Shown: one piece after another, positions 51,257-61,499 of the stretch
Layout: each line of letters starts with the position of its first letter
How positions within the stretch are numbered: position 1 is the stretch's first letter
NCBI GenBank assembly: GCA_963793425.1
Contig: CAWCAG010000009.1
Coordinates: 64,001 to 128,000 of the forward strand
Source: an uncultured cyanobacterium
Lineage (GTDB): Bacteria > Cyanobacteriota > Cyanobacteriia > Cyanobacteriales > CAWCAG01
Length of the DNA: 64,000 nt
Direction of reading: 5' to 3'
Notes under the pieces: model-generated
The model's database searches: none
Seen by the model: only the letters and a program-made list of their open reading frames with translations
What the model was told of the DNA's origin: nothing
Program-made: the position numbers and the translations under genes

Positions 51257-52471
51257 CTAATATTGTTCACTCACTGCTTGCCAAGAATATTCTGCTTGTA
51301 GCAACTCATATCCCTCTTTAGCTAAATTTCGTCCCAGGTTGGGATTAGACCAAAGTTGACTTACCGCAGCAACAATTTCTTCTACACTATCTCTAATCAG
51401 TAAATGTGTGCCATCTTCAGCTTTAATGCCTTCAGCCCCCTTACTTGTACTAACCACAGGACAGCCAGCAGCGAAAGCTTCCAGGATTTTCAGGCGCGTA
51501 CCTCCTCCTTCTAATAAAGGTACTACCATGACCCTAGCAGCAGCTAAATAGGGACGAATATCTTCCACCTTACCAGTAACAATTATACCTTCTTCTTTCT
51601 TGGCTATCTGTTTCATGTAAGCTGTGGGGTTGCGCCCGACTAAAAGTAAGCGACAATGGGGATAAATTTCTTGCAATCGGGGATAGATTTTTTCTACTAG
51701 CATCCTCATAGCAACAAGGTTAGGTTCGTGGGTATAGGAAGCTGTAAAAATCAGGGTTTGGGAGTTTGGCGACAACTCTGGGGGTATATGACATTGACCA
51801 AGGCGTACTGGGTCGTAGTATTCTGGATTAACACCATTAGAAACAACATGGGTATCAACTTCTTTTGTGGCTAACTTTTGCAGAAGAGAAGCATCTTCCT
51901 CGCTACAAACCCAAACTTGATCTGTTTGCTCAAAGAGATTCTGCTCTATAGTTTCTATATGTTTTAGCCAAGATTGAGAAACCTTTTTGTCCAGACTGGT
52001 TTGCATATCTTGACGCAAAAAAGTTTCGATATTATGAGCATCATAAATCACTTTGCAATCATGACGTTTAAATAAGCTTAAGTAACGGTGGAGCCACAAT
52101 TCTTCTAAGATGACGATTGAAGGTTTAAATTCAGCTAATATTTCCTTGATTTGTTTAACTACAACCTCTCCATATAACTGATTACTCCAGGGATGATGGG
52201 CAGGTTGCAACCACCACAACTTATCTTTGACTTTCCTAAAGAGCGATCGCCGCTTCGCAAGTTCCTCAAAATAATAGTTATGCCAAATCTCCACTCCTTC
52301 AGGAAATTTCCCCTCACCCTTTACTTTCTCAGAAACAATTGAAACAACGGCTACTGACCCCAGGGTTTTCATGATATTAATATTTTGCCAGTTGCGTAAA
52401 GCGACTCCACCCATAGGCGGATAGGGTAAATGCCTGGTTATAAACAGGGTAGAAATTGCTTTTTTATTCAC
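51257..52471 (-). CDS. Glycosyltransferase family 4
   Basis: PYPP.GG..LR, VPLLEGGGTRLKILEAFAAGCPVVST, YSW. Confidence 0.9.
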   Translation of the reverse strand: MNKKAISTLFITRHLPYPPMGGVALRNWQNINIMKTLGSVAVVSIVSEKVKGEGKFPEGVEIWHNYYFEELAKRRSLFRKVKDKLWWLQPAHHPWSNQLYGEVVVKQIKEILAEFKPSIVILEELWLHRYLSLFKRHDCKVIYDAHNIETFLRQDMQTSLDKKVSQSWLKHIETIEQNLFEQTDQVWVCSEEDASLLQKLATKEVDTHVVSNGVNPEYYDPVRLGQCHIPPELSPNSQTLIFTASYTHEPNLVAMRMLVEKIYPRLQEIYPHCRLLLVGRNPTAYMKQIAKKEEGIIVTGKVEDIRPYLAAARVMVVPLLEGGGTRLKILEAFAAGCPVVSTSKGAEGIKAEDGTHLLIRDSVEEIVAAVSQLWSNPNLGRNLAKEGYELLQAEYSWQAVSEQY

Positions 52472-52500
52472 TGAGAATTGCTTCTAATAAAAATAACAAA

Positions 52501-52531
52501 GGGCGGATTAGATTCTCAGCTAAACCCGCCC
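52501..52531 (-). terminator. ilvB terminator
   Basis: GGGCGG.TTAG/CTAA.CCCGCCC stem, T-rich tail on the minus strand. Confidence 0.65.
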
Positions 52532-52567
52532 ACAAGTTTATATATCCCAATCTTCAGCTAAATACTG

Positions 52568-54430
52568 CTATAGTTTCGCGCCGCAATCAGGGCAGAATTT
52601 ATTGGTAGATGGATTTTTTACACCACAACTACCACAGTGAATTAATTCTGCTGCTTTTTCTAAGGGACTTTTTTCCGGCAATCCTACCATTTGAGCATTG
52701 TTTTTACCAGGGGGAATCATCGGGTAGCAGTTTTCGTCCCTGGTTACTTTGACATCCAGCAATACAGGGCCATCATGTGCCAGCATTGCTGCGATCGCCT
52801 CTTTTAAATGATCCCGTTCTTTTAATACCATACCTTTAACCCCAAAGGCTTTAGCAAGAAGTTCAAAGTCTGGCATTCCTGCTTGCATATTAGAAGAAGA
52901 ATAACGTTCACCAAAGAAATTTTGCTGCCATTGTCTCACCATACCTTGCCAGCCATTGTTGATAATCACTGTTTTAACGTTGATGCCATATTGAGCCAAA
53001 GTAGCCAATTCTTGCAAGTTCATTTGAAAGCTAGCATCACCACTAATACAAATCACTTCTTCTTCCGGCAAGGCAACTTTTGCTCCCATAGCAGCAGGTA
53101 AACCGTAACCCATTGTTCCTAAGCCAGCACTAGAAATCCAGCGTCTGGGGCCATTTTTGAGGAATTGGGCTGACCACATTTGATGTTGTCCAACATCAGT
53201 GGTGTAGTAAGCATCGGGGGCTTGAGTGGCAATTTCGACAATTACTTCTTGGGGAGACAAGCTATGACCACTGCGGGGTACAACTAAAGGGTAATCTCTA
53301 CGCCACCCCTCAATTTTATCTCGCCAGCCCTGAGTCCTTTCGGAGTTAGGAGAGATTTCTAACTCATCAACACGCTTGAGAATTTGTTGAAGGACTTTCC
53401 GCACATCACCAACAATCGGTACTTCCGGGGCGCGGTTTTTACCCACTTCCGCTGGATCAATATCAATATGAATTACTTTAGCCCTAGAAGCAAATTCATC
53501 TAACTTTCCTGTTACCCTGTCGTCAAATCTTGCGCCTACAGCGATTAACAGATCACATTCACTAACGGCAAAGTTAGCATAGGCTGTACCGTGCATCCCT
53601 AGCATACTCACGGCCAGGGGATTGTGTTCATCAAAGGCTCCCAAACCCATTAGAGTAGTGGTGACAGGTATTTGGAAATGTTCTGCTAACTGTTTCAATT
53701 CCCCATGGGCGCTAGCAGAAATTGCTCCTCCCCCGACATAAAGTAAAGGACGGTGAGAACGTTCAATTAATTTAATAGCTTGATTGATTTGCCGAGGATT
53801 ACCTTTAACCGTCGGGCGATAGCCAGATAACTTTACAGTACCTGGGTCTACAGGAACATAATTAAATTCTTCTAGCCCTACATCTTTAGGAACATCAATT
53901 AATACTGGTCCCGGACGACCTGTACTAGCAATATAAAAAGCTTCTGCGACTACCCTCGCCATATCTTGAGGGCGACGTACTACATAGGAATTTTTAACTA
54001 TAGGAAGAGTGATACCAAAAATATCAGTTTCTTGAAAAGCATCTGTACCAATTGCCCCAGTCGCTACTTGTCCTGTAACCACTACCATGGGGATAGAGTC
54101 CATATGGGCAGTAGCTATCCCTGTAACCAGGTTAGTTGCGCCGGGGCCAGAAGTAGCGAAACAAACCCCAACTTTGCCTGTGGCGCGGGCATAACCATCA
54201 GCAGCATGGGATGCTCCTTGTTCATGGCGAACTAAAATATGTTGGAGGTGGCCTTTTTCTTCTGCTCGATATAACTCATCATAAATAGGTAAAATGGCTC
54301 CACCGGGGTAGCCGAAAATGTGTTTGACCCCATGACGAACAAGGCTGTCAATTAAGGCAAATGAACCAGTTGCACGGCTAGGCGCAACTAAAGGAGGTTT
54401 AGCTTGGGAAATAGCAGTTAAAGAAACCAC
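52568..54430 (-). CDS. ilvB: Acetolactate synthase large subunit with C-terminal zinc ribbon
   Basis: [42 protein letters not shown] tail; GTG 54430 preferred. Confidence 0.96.
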   Translation of the reverse strand: MVSLTAISQAKPPLVAPSRATGSFALIDSLVRHGVKHIFGYPGGAILPIYDELYRAEEKGHLQHILVRHEQGASHAADGYARATGKVGVCFATSGPGATNLVTGIATAHMDSIPMVVVTGQVATGAIGTDAFQETDIFGITLPIVKNSYVVRRPQDMARVVAEAFYIASTGRPGPVLIDVPKDVGLEEFNYVPVDPGTVKLSGYRPTVKGNPRQINQAIKLIERSHRPLLYVGGGAISASAHGELKQLAEHFQIPVTTTLMGLGAFDEHNPLAVSMLGMHGTAYANFAVSECDLLIAVGARFDDRVTGKLDEFASRAKVIHIDIDPAEVGKNRAPEVPIVGDVRKVLQQILKRVDELEISPNSERTQGWRDKIEGWRRDYPLVVPRSGHSLSPQEVIVEIATQAPDAYYTTDVGQHQMWSAQFLKNGPRRWISSAGLGTMGYGLPAAMGAKVALPEEEVICISGDASFQMNLQELATLAQYGINVKTVIINNGWQGMVRQWQQNFFGERYSSSNMQAGMPDFELLAKAFGVKGMVLKERDHLKEAIAAMLAHDGPVLLDVKVTRDENCYPMIPPGKNNAQMVGLPEKSPLEKAAELIHCGSCGVKNPSTNKFCPDCGAKL

Positions 54431-54660
54431 GGTGATACCTTTTCTGGTTAGATAATTGTTTATCTTAAATTTTGTTGCCAAATATGCAACCTATGGGTCA
54501 AAAATTTGATATTAATTAATGTTTTGATTTTAGGCGACTAGATGTAGAGATGTAAACTCTGCGGTCAATTTGTAATTGACCAGATTACTAGCCAAGGTCT
54601 TAGAACTAAAACATCTAGCTAAAAATAAGGTTTTTCCTCTATCTCCGGGATGATTTGTTT

Positions 54661-55320
54661 TTAAGCGCTTTTTAAGCTTTGTTGTTCTTTCTTTTCTAAA
54701 GGAGGACGTAAACACAAATAAGCTAAAGCCCCGATTAGAGGGAGTAAGCTAACAGCCCAAAAAATCCAGTTACTCTCAATACCACGTCTAGCTAAATCAT
54801 CCTTCAAAAGAGCAGGCAACACCAAACCAAGTAAACAAAAATCTAAACTCATGACGTTGATGAAACGACTGGTTTGCCACTGTTGCAGAAAATCTGACCA
54901 ATCACCTTGAGATAAACCATATATTAGCAAGGTTGCTGCTGCTAAAGTTAAGCCTAATCCTAACCAACGGGAATCTTGTAGTTGTAAAAACCAGTTTTTC
55001 TCTCCCGGAAATTGAGGATTTGCTTGACGCAATGCCAAGTAGGGCAGTATTGCAAATGCACCTACCCCAAAGGAAGCGGTTACAAAAGGCCAAGCAGGTA
55101 TTTTTTGTCCCCTACCATCAATAAATAATATACAACCATAAATCAGGGGCCAAATACCCATGAGGTTAAATAAAGCAATAATCAAAGGATTAATTCGGTC
55201 CCATTCTCCTGTAGAAAGTTTAGTAATTAATTCAAAGGTATCTGCTTGTTGAGGAGGGGCAAAAATAAAGGCATAGATCACAAATCCTAGCCAAAGTAGT
55301 CCGAAGCCAATTTTTTTCAT
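54661..55320 (-). CDS. DUF2834-like membrane protein
   Basis: Multiple TMs, FNLMGIWP, PAWPF, PYLALR, MSLDF. Confidence 0.7.
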   Translation of the reverse strand: MKKIGFGLLWLGFVIYAFIFAPPQQADTFELITKLSTGEWDRINPLIIALFNLMGIWPLIYGCILFIDGRGQKIPAWPFVTASFGVGAFAILPYLALRQANPQFPGEKNWFLQLQDSRWLGLGLTLAAATLLIYGLSQGDWSDFLQQWQTSRFINVMSLDFCLLGLVLPALLKDDLARRGIESNWIFWAVSLLPLIGALAYLCLRPPLEKKEQQSLKSA

Positions 55321-55588
55321 AGGAAGCAGCGCTAAGTAATGAGCAATGAGTTTAAGCTGTGGAAGAAATAACCACTTCTTCACATTGAGAATTATTTTAT
55401 CGGGGTTTTGGTTTGTGTTGTTTTAAGGATATTGAAAAGAAATCTACATTCAATCATGTTTTCTATAATCTTGACCAATCATCTTCCAAAGTCGCAACTC
55501 GCACTTCGAGATGTTGAGAACGATTATCCAGTTGCTGGGAAGTCATAAAAGCTTAGTAGGTGAATGTTGTAGTCACATTTTAGCAACC

Positions 55589-55915
55589 TTAAGCAAGTTC
55601 AATACTTTTTGCTACTTTCTTTTCTAGAAGTTCAACCAATTCTGGCTGCATATATTTATATTTATCTGCAATACCCAAAACTACGATTCTTTTGTCCTTC
55701 AACAATGTATTGAAACGTTTAGTTATTTTTTCTTTGTGAGTATTTTCCATGACAAAAACTACATCTGCCCATTCAATTAAATCACCACTAATTGGTGTTT
55801 CCGAATCGCTGTTTGTGCCAGCACTTATTGATTCAATTCCTTCATAATTAGAAAAAACTTCTTCTGCTGTGGGACTTCGCCATCTATTTTTGCTACAGAT
55901 AAAGAGTAATTTCAT
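55589..55915 (-). CDS. Small low-molecular-weight phosphotyrosine-phosphatase-like protein
   Basis: LFICSKNRWRS (Cx5R P-loop), SAGT, WAD.VFVME..H, LGI.D.Y. Confidence 0.88.
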   Translation of the reverse strand: MKLLFICSKNRWRSPTAEEVFSNYEGIESISAGTNSDSETPISGDLIEWADVVFVMENTHKEKITKRFNTLLKDKRIVVLGIADKYKYMQPELVELLEKKVAKSIELA

Positions 55916-55992
55916 TTCTACTTTACTTTGAAATTTAAGTAATTGATGAAATTAAAAGACTGCGATCGCTTGCTTTGAAAGTTTACAAATGT

Positions 55993-56053
55993 GGTGCGTT
56001 CCCAGAAATTTATCGGTGGATGACTAGGAGTTAGATTGGGGAACACACCCTAC
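55993..56053. repeat. REP-like inverted repeat
   Basis: GGTGCGTTCCC ... GGGAACACACCCTAC (GTAG end on the minus strand). Confidence 0.55.
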
Positions 56054-56081
56054 AAGATATGTGATCGCACTATAAAATAAA

Positions 56082-57431
56082 TCAATCATCGCTTTTTTTG
56101 TTGACAATAGGTACAGAAATTCTATCTCTTGCTACACAAACATTATCTTTGATGATATAGCACTCTACAAAATGCTCACCCTTGAAATCAGATGTTTCCT
56201 TAATAGACGCACGTCCATCAAAAATTGTCCCCCTAATACAATTTCTTCTAAATGCCTCATCTCCAACATTACAGACTTTCCATTTTATGGAAAATGGTTC
56301 TGGGCAAGTATTTTTATTAATTGAGAATCGTAGTTTTTTATTGGTTAATAGAGGTAGCTTCAATCGCAGCATATCTCTTAATAATCGGGGCATAAAACCA
56401 TCTTGAGTAACCTTGCAATCAATCCTTAGCTCATATTTATCAAGAATAGAATGTCTATTTTCGATAAATTCTTCTGTTTCCTCATAGGCAATACTATCTT
56501 GATGGGCAGCTAGATTGATTGAGGCTGTAATATCATCAGAATTGCTAAGTAAGAAACGTTTTTTCCCAAAATGACGTTGCCAATACTCACAAGCTTTTGG
56601 TGGCCGAGTATTCTCATTTATCGCTTTCTCAGCAGAATTTATCAACCCTGTTAGTCGATCCAGAAGATAATTTTTATTTGTTTTACCGTAATTATCTAAA
56701 AGGTTTTCACCACGAGGAGTTGTAGGTCTGTAGCAAGCAAAACCCCGATAAAGGACTGAGTGTATGTTTTTGAGAGTTTCATACAGCGCGATGTCATCTC
56801 TATTGTCAAATACTGCATATTGAGCAGCCAGTATGCTAAACACCAAGCCACATGGAAGCTCTTTTTTCCTATAGTCCTTCCATGCTTTCAAGTATCTAAC
56901 AAGACGTTTGAGCTGTCCATTAGAATCAGCTTTATCGTTAAACCAGTCAATGAATTCTCTTGGATCACTCTCGATCCAACCCTTTGTTTTATGAGCAAGA
57001 TAAGGCGAGTCAGATTTCTTTGTGTAATAAAGTGGTAGATCAATATGATATTGACCTGTATAGATTAAGCGAACACATGGATTTTTGTCTATTGGTGTTT
57101 CTTTCGTCTGCCCATCTACAGCATTGTAGATCCAACGATGGAAGGTGCTAACAGATTCACTAGGCTCACTATCAACTTGTAAATATATTCCATCATCAAT
57201 ATCAAACTCACCATCTAGAGGCTCAATAATTGCATTCATCATAAATGAGCCTTGACCATGAAACTTTGGGGTATAACCTTTCTTTTCTTCCCGAAAGTAT
57301 CTGCGAATCCTATCTCTTACAGCATTGCGTGATGTTCGAAGAGTTTTTTTGTGAGATGAACTCAAGGCTATAGTATTGTTGAAATCTAGAAAAGATTGGT
57401 GTAAATCAGCCATATTTCTTAAGTCTGTCAC
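56082..57431 (-). CDS. CBASS CD-NTase (cGAS/DncV-like) with C-terminal AGS-C domain
   Basis: QGSF..N..I.P..GEFDIDDGIY, K.PCVR, HIDLPLY, W.ESDP, LKRLVRYLKAW; C-terminal EEFIE..IDC.V.QDGF..WKV.N.G.EA...CIRG.I..E.S.F.G.H.VECY..K...CVARD; start GTG 57431 (overlap) or ATG 57413. Confidence 0.92.
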   Translation of the reverse strand: MTDLRNMADLHQSFLDFNNTIALSSSHKKTLRTSRNAVRDRIRRYFREEKKGYTPKFHGQGSFMMNAIIEPLDGEFDIDDGIYLQVDSEPSESVSTFHRWIYNAVDGQTKETPIDKNPCVRLIYTGQYHIDLPLYYTKKSDSPYLAHKTKGWIESDPREFIDWFNDKADSNGQLKRLVRYLKAWKDYRKKELPCGLVFSILAAQYAVFDNRDDIALYETLKNIHSVLYRGFACYRPTTPRGENLLDNYGKTNKNYLLDRLTGLINSAEKAINENTRPPKACEYWQRHFGKKRFLLSNSDDITASINLAAHQDSIAYEETEEFIENRHSILDKYELRIDCKVTQDGFMPRLLRDMLRLKLPLLTNKKLRFSINKNTCPEPFSIKWKVCNVGDEAFRRNCIRGTIFDGRASIKETSDFKGEHFVECYIIKDNVCVARDRISVPIVNKKSDD

Positions 57432-58465
57432 CTTAAAATATAATGCTTCTTTTCTTGGAAAAAGCTAGTTACTTCACTCTTAACTCCCCAAATATCTCCT
57501 TGGTCGCTTCCTTTTTGAGATAAGAGGTTAAGTGCTTCATCAGAGGCGTTATCCATACTAATTATTGACCACTGTTCAGTTGATAGAATAGCGCTAGGTA
57601 TGCGTACATAATCAAATGGGGTATTAGTATGTGAAGATAGAGTTTGAATAAAATACTCTGTAGAGTATGCTTGACCTTCTGAAAAAACAGAAAATATATC
57701 TTTATTCCAATCAACAAATGAACGATTTTGCTTCTTTATGGTCAATCTCCCAGGAGACGATTCGAGAGAAGCAATGGACAATACCTTAAGGTTTTGAAAC
57801 TGCTTATCCTGGCCAACAAAGTACCTGAGAGCCTCAACAACTCCAATTAGGGTAGGATTATTCGCGTAGACACCTCCATCAATGAACTGTCTATTTCTAT
57901 AATTTGAAATTGAAACTATGGGTAAGTAGGTTGGGGCAGCACTTGTTGCTAAAGCTACATCTACATACTTTGTCCTGTTATCTCTTTTAAGATTTCCTTC
58001 TTTATGGTCAAACTTGAAGATAAATGGTCTGCCATCATTGAGTGAAAATGTAGGAATACATAGAAGAGAGTATGATTCTTCTATAAAAGAATCATTAAAA
58101 ACTTTGTTGAGTTCTTTCTTTAGCGCTTCATTTGAGTGTTTACCATTCCAGAAAGTCTGCTTTAGAAAAGCAATAGCTTTTCTTTGTTTAGGAAAGATTG
58201 CGGCTCCACACTCTTGATATAGGTTGCTTATAAGACGCACTGGTAACTTCAAGGAGATTGCCAGTGCGATAAGACCACCTGTGGAAGTTCCACAAATGAG
58301 ATCAAAGTAATCAACTATGGGGCAATCAAATCTTTTCTCAAAGTTCTCTAAAATCCGTGAAGAGTAGAGTCCTTTAATACCACCTCCATCAATAGACAAA
58401 ACTTTGAAGGTTTTAGACTCTGACTCAGAGCAAGCGGTAGATGACCGATCTTTATTATTGTTCAT
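57428..58465 (-). CDS. capV: CBASS patatin-like phospholipase effector (CapV-like)
   Basis: LSIDGGGIKG, GTSTG nucleophile elbow, ATSAAPTY, DGG..ANNP; stop overlaps the CD-NTase GTG. Confidence 0.88.
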   Translation of the reverse strand: MNNNKDRSSTACSESESKTFKVLSIDGGGIKGLYSSRILENFEKRFDCPIVDYFDLICGTSTGGLIALAISLKLPVRLISNLYQECGAAIFPKQRKAIAFLKQTFWNGKHSNEALKKELNKVFNDSFIEESYSLLCIPTFSLNDGRPFIFKFDHKEGNLKRDNRTKYVDVALATSAAPTYLPIVSISNYRNRQFIDGGVYANNPTLIGVVEALRYFVGQDKQFQNLKVLSIASLESSPGRLTIKKQNRSFVDWNKDIFSVFSEGQAYSTEYFIQTLSSHTNTPFDYVRIPSAILSTEQWSIISMDNASDEALNLLSQKGSDQGDIWGVKSEVTSFFQEKKHYILR

Positions 58466-58753
58466 CGAGCATCATAGAACAGTATGACTAAAAATTGGAA
58501 CACTCAAGTGCTGTATTTAGTACTCCGACGATTCTAACTAATTTTTGTGGTCTTGCCCTATATGGGGAGGGTGGATAACCGCAAAAGTATCTGGTATAAA
58601 AACCTTCAGCCAAACCTCATCTCACAGGATTATGTTGTCTCAGATCACATAAATATTCTTCTTCTAAGCTGAACATAGAAGAAGTAATTTTTTTTATAAT
58701 AGACTCACAGCCAGTTAGTAGTTTTTTAAGGAAAAGCAAAGACCGGAGCCTAT

Positions 58754-59620
58754 ATGTTTCTCTCCACTAATTTATTCATTGACAACCTAATCCAACAATT
58801 GCTCGTAGGTTATCGCCGTACCTATGGTGGTTGGAAATCTGAGTATGGAGAGATTTTGGCTTGGGCTGCTGGTATGGCTTTGGAAAACATTGCCAACAGT
58901 GATGCCCTCTATCATAATGTCGAACATACTGTTTTTGTTACCCTGGTAGGACAAGAAATTCTGCGCGGTAAGCATATTAAAGAAGGTGGAGTAACTAACG
59001 AGGATTGGTTGCATTTCCTCATCTCCTTACAGTGCCACGATATTGGTTATGTCAGAGGAGTTTGTAGCACTGACCAGCCCAAGGAAAGGTTATATGCTAC
59101 TGGGGTAGGAGATATGAAAGTTTCTGTCCCCCCAGGTTCAACAGATGCAAGTATGGCTCCCTATCATGTAGATCGTGGTAAGCTTTTTGTCCAAGAGCGT
59201 TTTGGACATCATAATCTCATCGATTCCGAAACTCTCAAAAACAATATTGAACTAACTCGTTTCCCTGTTCCTAACGACGATGACCATAATAGTACCAGCA
59301 GTTTCCCTGGGTTAGTCAGGGCGGCAGATTTAATTGGACAATTAAGTGATCCCCGCTACTTACAAAAGATTCCTGCTTTGTATTACGAATTTGAAGAAAT
59401 TGGTACAAACAAAGCGTTAAACTACCGTAACCCCGGAGATTTGCGTTCCAATTATCCTAGTTTTTATTGGCAAGCGGTTTATCCCTATCTGCCCACTGCT
59501 TTAGCTTTCTTAGATTTAACTCAATCTGGTAAACAAATTACTGCTAATCTCTATGCGAATGTCTTTATGATTGAGCATGAGAAAGAAAGAAAGCGTCTTG
59601 CTGGTGTGGTTGCAGCTTAG
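58754..59620 (+). CDS. Npun_R2479-type HD-domain metalloprotein
   Basis: DALYHNVEHT, HDIGY, YHVDR, ADLIGQL.DP.Y. Confidence 0.85.
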   Translation: MFLSTNLFIDNLIQQLLVGYRRTYGGWKSEYGEILAWAAGMALENIANSDALYHNVEHTVFVTLVGQEILRGKHIKEGGVTNEDWLHFLISLQCHDIGYVRGVCSTDQPKERLYATGVGDMKVSVPPGSTDASMAPYHVDRGKLFVQERFGHHNLIDSETLKNNIELTRFPVPNDDDHNSTSSFPGLVRAADLIGQLSDPRYLQKIPALYYEFEEIGTNKALNYRNPGDLRSNYPSFYWQAVYPYLPTALAFLDLTQSGKQITANLYANVFMIEHEKERKRLAGVVAA

Positions 59621-59762
59621 TCTGAGCAAAAGTTTATTGGCATGAGCCTTCTCGTCACAATAATTCACTCATTAATTCAAGCAATTAGTATCAAGTTTTA
59701 TGAAAAGAACTTGACTTAAAAGCTACTATATTTATCTGTAGCTTGAGCATAAGTGAATTTCT

Positions 59763-61127
59763 ATGACAAACAATGCAGATAAACAGACTGTTCATAAAGT
59801 TGTTGTTGTTGGTGGTGGTTTTGGAGGACTTTATGCCGCCAAAGCCTTGGGCAACACTGCCAATGTGGAAGTAACCTTAATTGATAAACGGAACTTCCAT
59901 CTTTTTCAGCCTTTACTTTACCAAGTAGCCACAGGTTCCCTTTCTCCAGCAGATATCTCCTCCCCCCTCAGACATGTACTTAGTGATAAAAAAAATACTA
60001 AAGTACTCTTAGATGAAGTCATAGACGTTGATCCTGTTAACCAAATTGTTACTTGCAAAGGGCAAGAACTAAGTTACGATACCTTAGTTGCTGCAACAGG
60101 AGTTAGCCATCATTATTTTGGTAATGAACATTGGCAAGAAACTGCCCCTGGGTTGAAAACTGTGGAAGATGCCCTTTTAATGCGTCGCCGTATTTTTATG
60201 GCTTTTGAGGCAGCAGAAAAAGAAACTGACCCAGAAAAGCGTCGGGCTTGGTTAAACTTCGTGGTAGTAGGAGGTGGCCCCACAGGAGTAGAATTAGCAG
60301 GAGCGATCGCAGAATTAGCTAACTCTACCCTCAAAAAAGATTTCCGTACTATAGATACAACAGAAGCAAGTGTCATTCTCTTAGAAGGGATGGATCGGGT
60401 TTTACCCCCCTATGATCCAGACTTGTCAGCCAAAGCAGAAATAGCCCTTAAAAAGTTGGGAGTGACAGTGAGAACAAATAGTTTAGTCACCCAAATTGAA
60501 GGTAACACCGTTACAGTACGCCAAACCAAAATTAATCAAGTAGAAAAAATTACCTCCCAAACCGTACTTTGGGCTGCTGGGGTGAAAGCTTCAGCTATGG
60601 GCAAAACCTTGGCACACCGAACCGGAGTAGAATTAGATCGGGCGGGTAGAGTGATGGTGAAGCCAGATTTGAGTATCGAAAACTATCCGAACATTTTTGT
60701 GATTGGGGATTTAGCTAACTTCGCCCATCAAGGAGAAAGACCTTTACCAGGAATTGCCCCCGTAGCAATGCAGGAAGGAGACTATATTGCTTCTTTAATT
60801 AAGCGTCAACTTAAAGGGGAAACCTTACCAGCCTTTCAATATATTGATCGTGGCAACTTAGCGGTTATTGGTGAAAATGCTGCGGTGGTAGATTTAGGCT
60901 TCGTTAAGTTTTCCGGCTTCCTCGCTTGGCTAACCTGGGTATTCGTCCACATTTACTACCTCATCGAATTTGATAACAAATTAGTGGTTATGGTGCAATG
61001 GGCATGGAACTATTTAACCCGTGGTAGAGGGGCGCGTTTGATTACGGGAGACGATTCTTTAGGACAACCCCAGATTAATTTAGAGGGGGATAGTTATCTG
61101 CCTCAACCTAGGGAAGCAAAGGTGTGA
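59763..61127 (+). CDS. Type II NAD(P)H dehydrogenase (NDH-2)
   Basis: VGGGFGG, FQPLLYQVATG, VGGGPTGVELAG, WAAGV, IGD. Confidence 0.92.
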   Translation: MTNNADKQTVHKVVVVGGGFGGLYAAKALGNTANVEVTLIDKRNFHLFQPLLYQVATGSLSPADISSPLRHVLSDKKNTKVLLDEVIDVDPVNQIVTCKGQELSYDTLVAATGVSHHYFGNEHWQETAPGLKTVEDALLMRRRIFMAFEAAEKETDPEKRRAWLNFVVVGGGPTGVELAGAIAELANSTLKKDFRTIDTTEASVILLEGMDRVLPPYDPDLSAKAEIALKKLGVTVRTNSLVTQIEGNTVTVRQTKINQVEKITSQTVLWAAGVKASAMGKTLAHRTGVELDRAGRVMVKPDLSIENYPNIFVIGDLANFAHQGERPLPGIAPVAMQEGDYIASLIKRQLKGETLPAFQYIDRGNLAVIGENAAVVDLGFVKFSGFLAWLTWVFVHIYYLIEFDNKLVVMVQWAWNYLTRGRGARLITGDDSLGQPQINLEGDSYLPQPREAKV

Positions 61128-61208
61128 TACTAAATCCTGCCCTTGTTGCATGATTTATCTGTTGGGGTAGGGGGGTAGGGAGTAGGGTTTGCGAACTTCT
61201 CTCCCTTA

Positions 61209-61242
61209 CCCTTTACTCGTCAATTAAAAGTTGACAGAGTAC
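61209..61242 (-). repeat. Dispersed repeat resembling an IS/MITE end, copy 2
   Basis: 31/34 identical to 4420-4453 in inverted orientation. Confidence 0.75.
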
Positions 61243-61285
61243 AAGAGAAGAGATTTTCAACCACTATCCCCTAAATCCCTTATTT

Positions 61286-61294
61286 TGCTATAAT
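61286..61294 (+). promoter_or_regulatory. Extended -10 promoter of tRNA-Cys
   Basis: TGCTATAAT about 20 bp upstream of the tRNA. Confidence 0.65.
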
Positions 61295-61313
61295 TAAAAG
61301 CTGTTAGTAACAG

Positions 61314-61384
61314 GGCGGCATAGCCAAGCGGTAAGGCCGAGGATTGCAAATCCTTTATCCCCAGTTCAAATCTGGGTGCCGCCT
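61314..61384 (+). tRNA. trnC: tRNA-Cys (GCA)
   Basis: GGCGGCA/TGCCGCC acceptor stem, GAGGA-TTGCAAA-TCCTT anticodon arm, GTTCAAAT T-loop, U discriminator. Confidence 0.96.
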
Positions 61385-61499
61385 TTAGGGAATTACGGTT
61401 TGACAGCCTAACGATGATTAGGCTACTTATTAGAGAATTTGATATTCTGGCGGGTATTTTATTTCTGTGCCAGTCCCTTATTCAATAAATTAGATTTTT

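Noticed and set aside
51202..51270. Possible frameshift at the end of the GT4 gene (another frame reads NIRLTINKLEHLPNSKE*)
   Set aside because: Only the last helix is affected and it cannot be judged without ortholog alignment
52568..52640. Zinc ribbon on IlvB as an unusual fusion
   Set aside because: To my knowledge a frequent feature of cyanobacterial IlvB
58754..59620. HD-domain gene as a CBASS signal-degrading enzyme
   Set aside because: Divergently transcribed and belongs to a widespread cyanobacterial family; adjacency most likely reflects the insertion site
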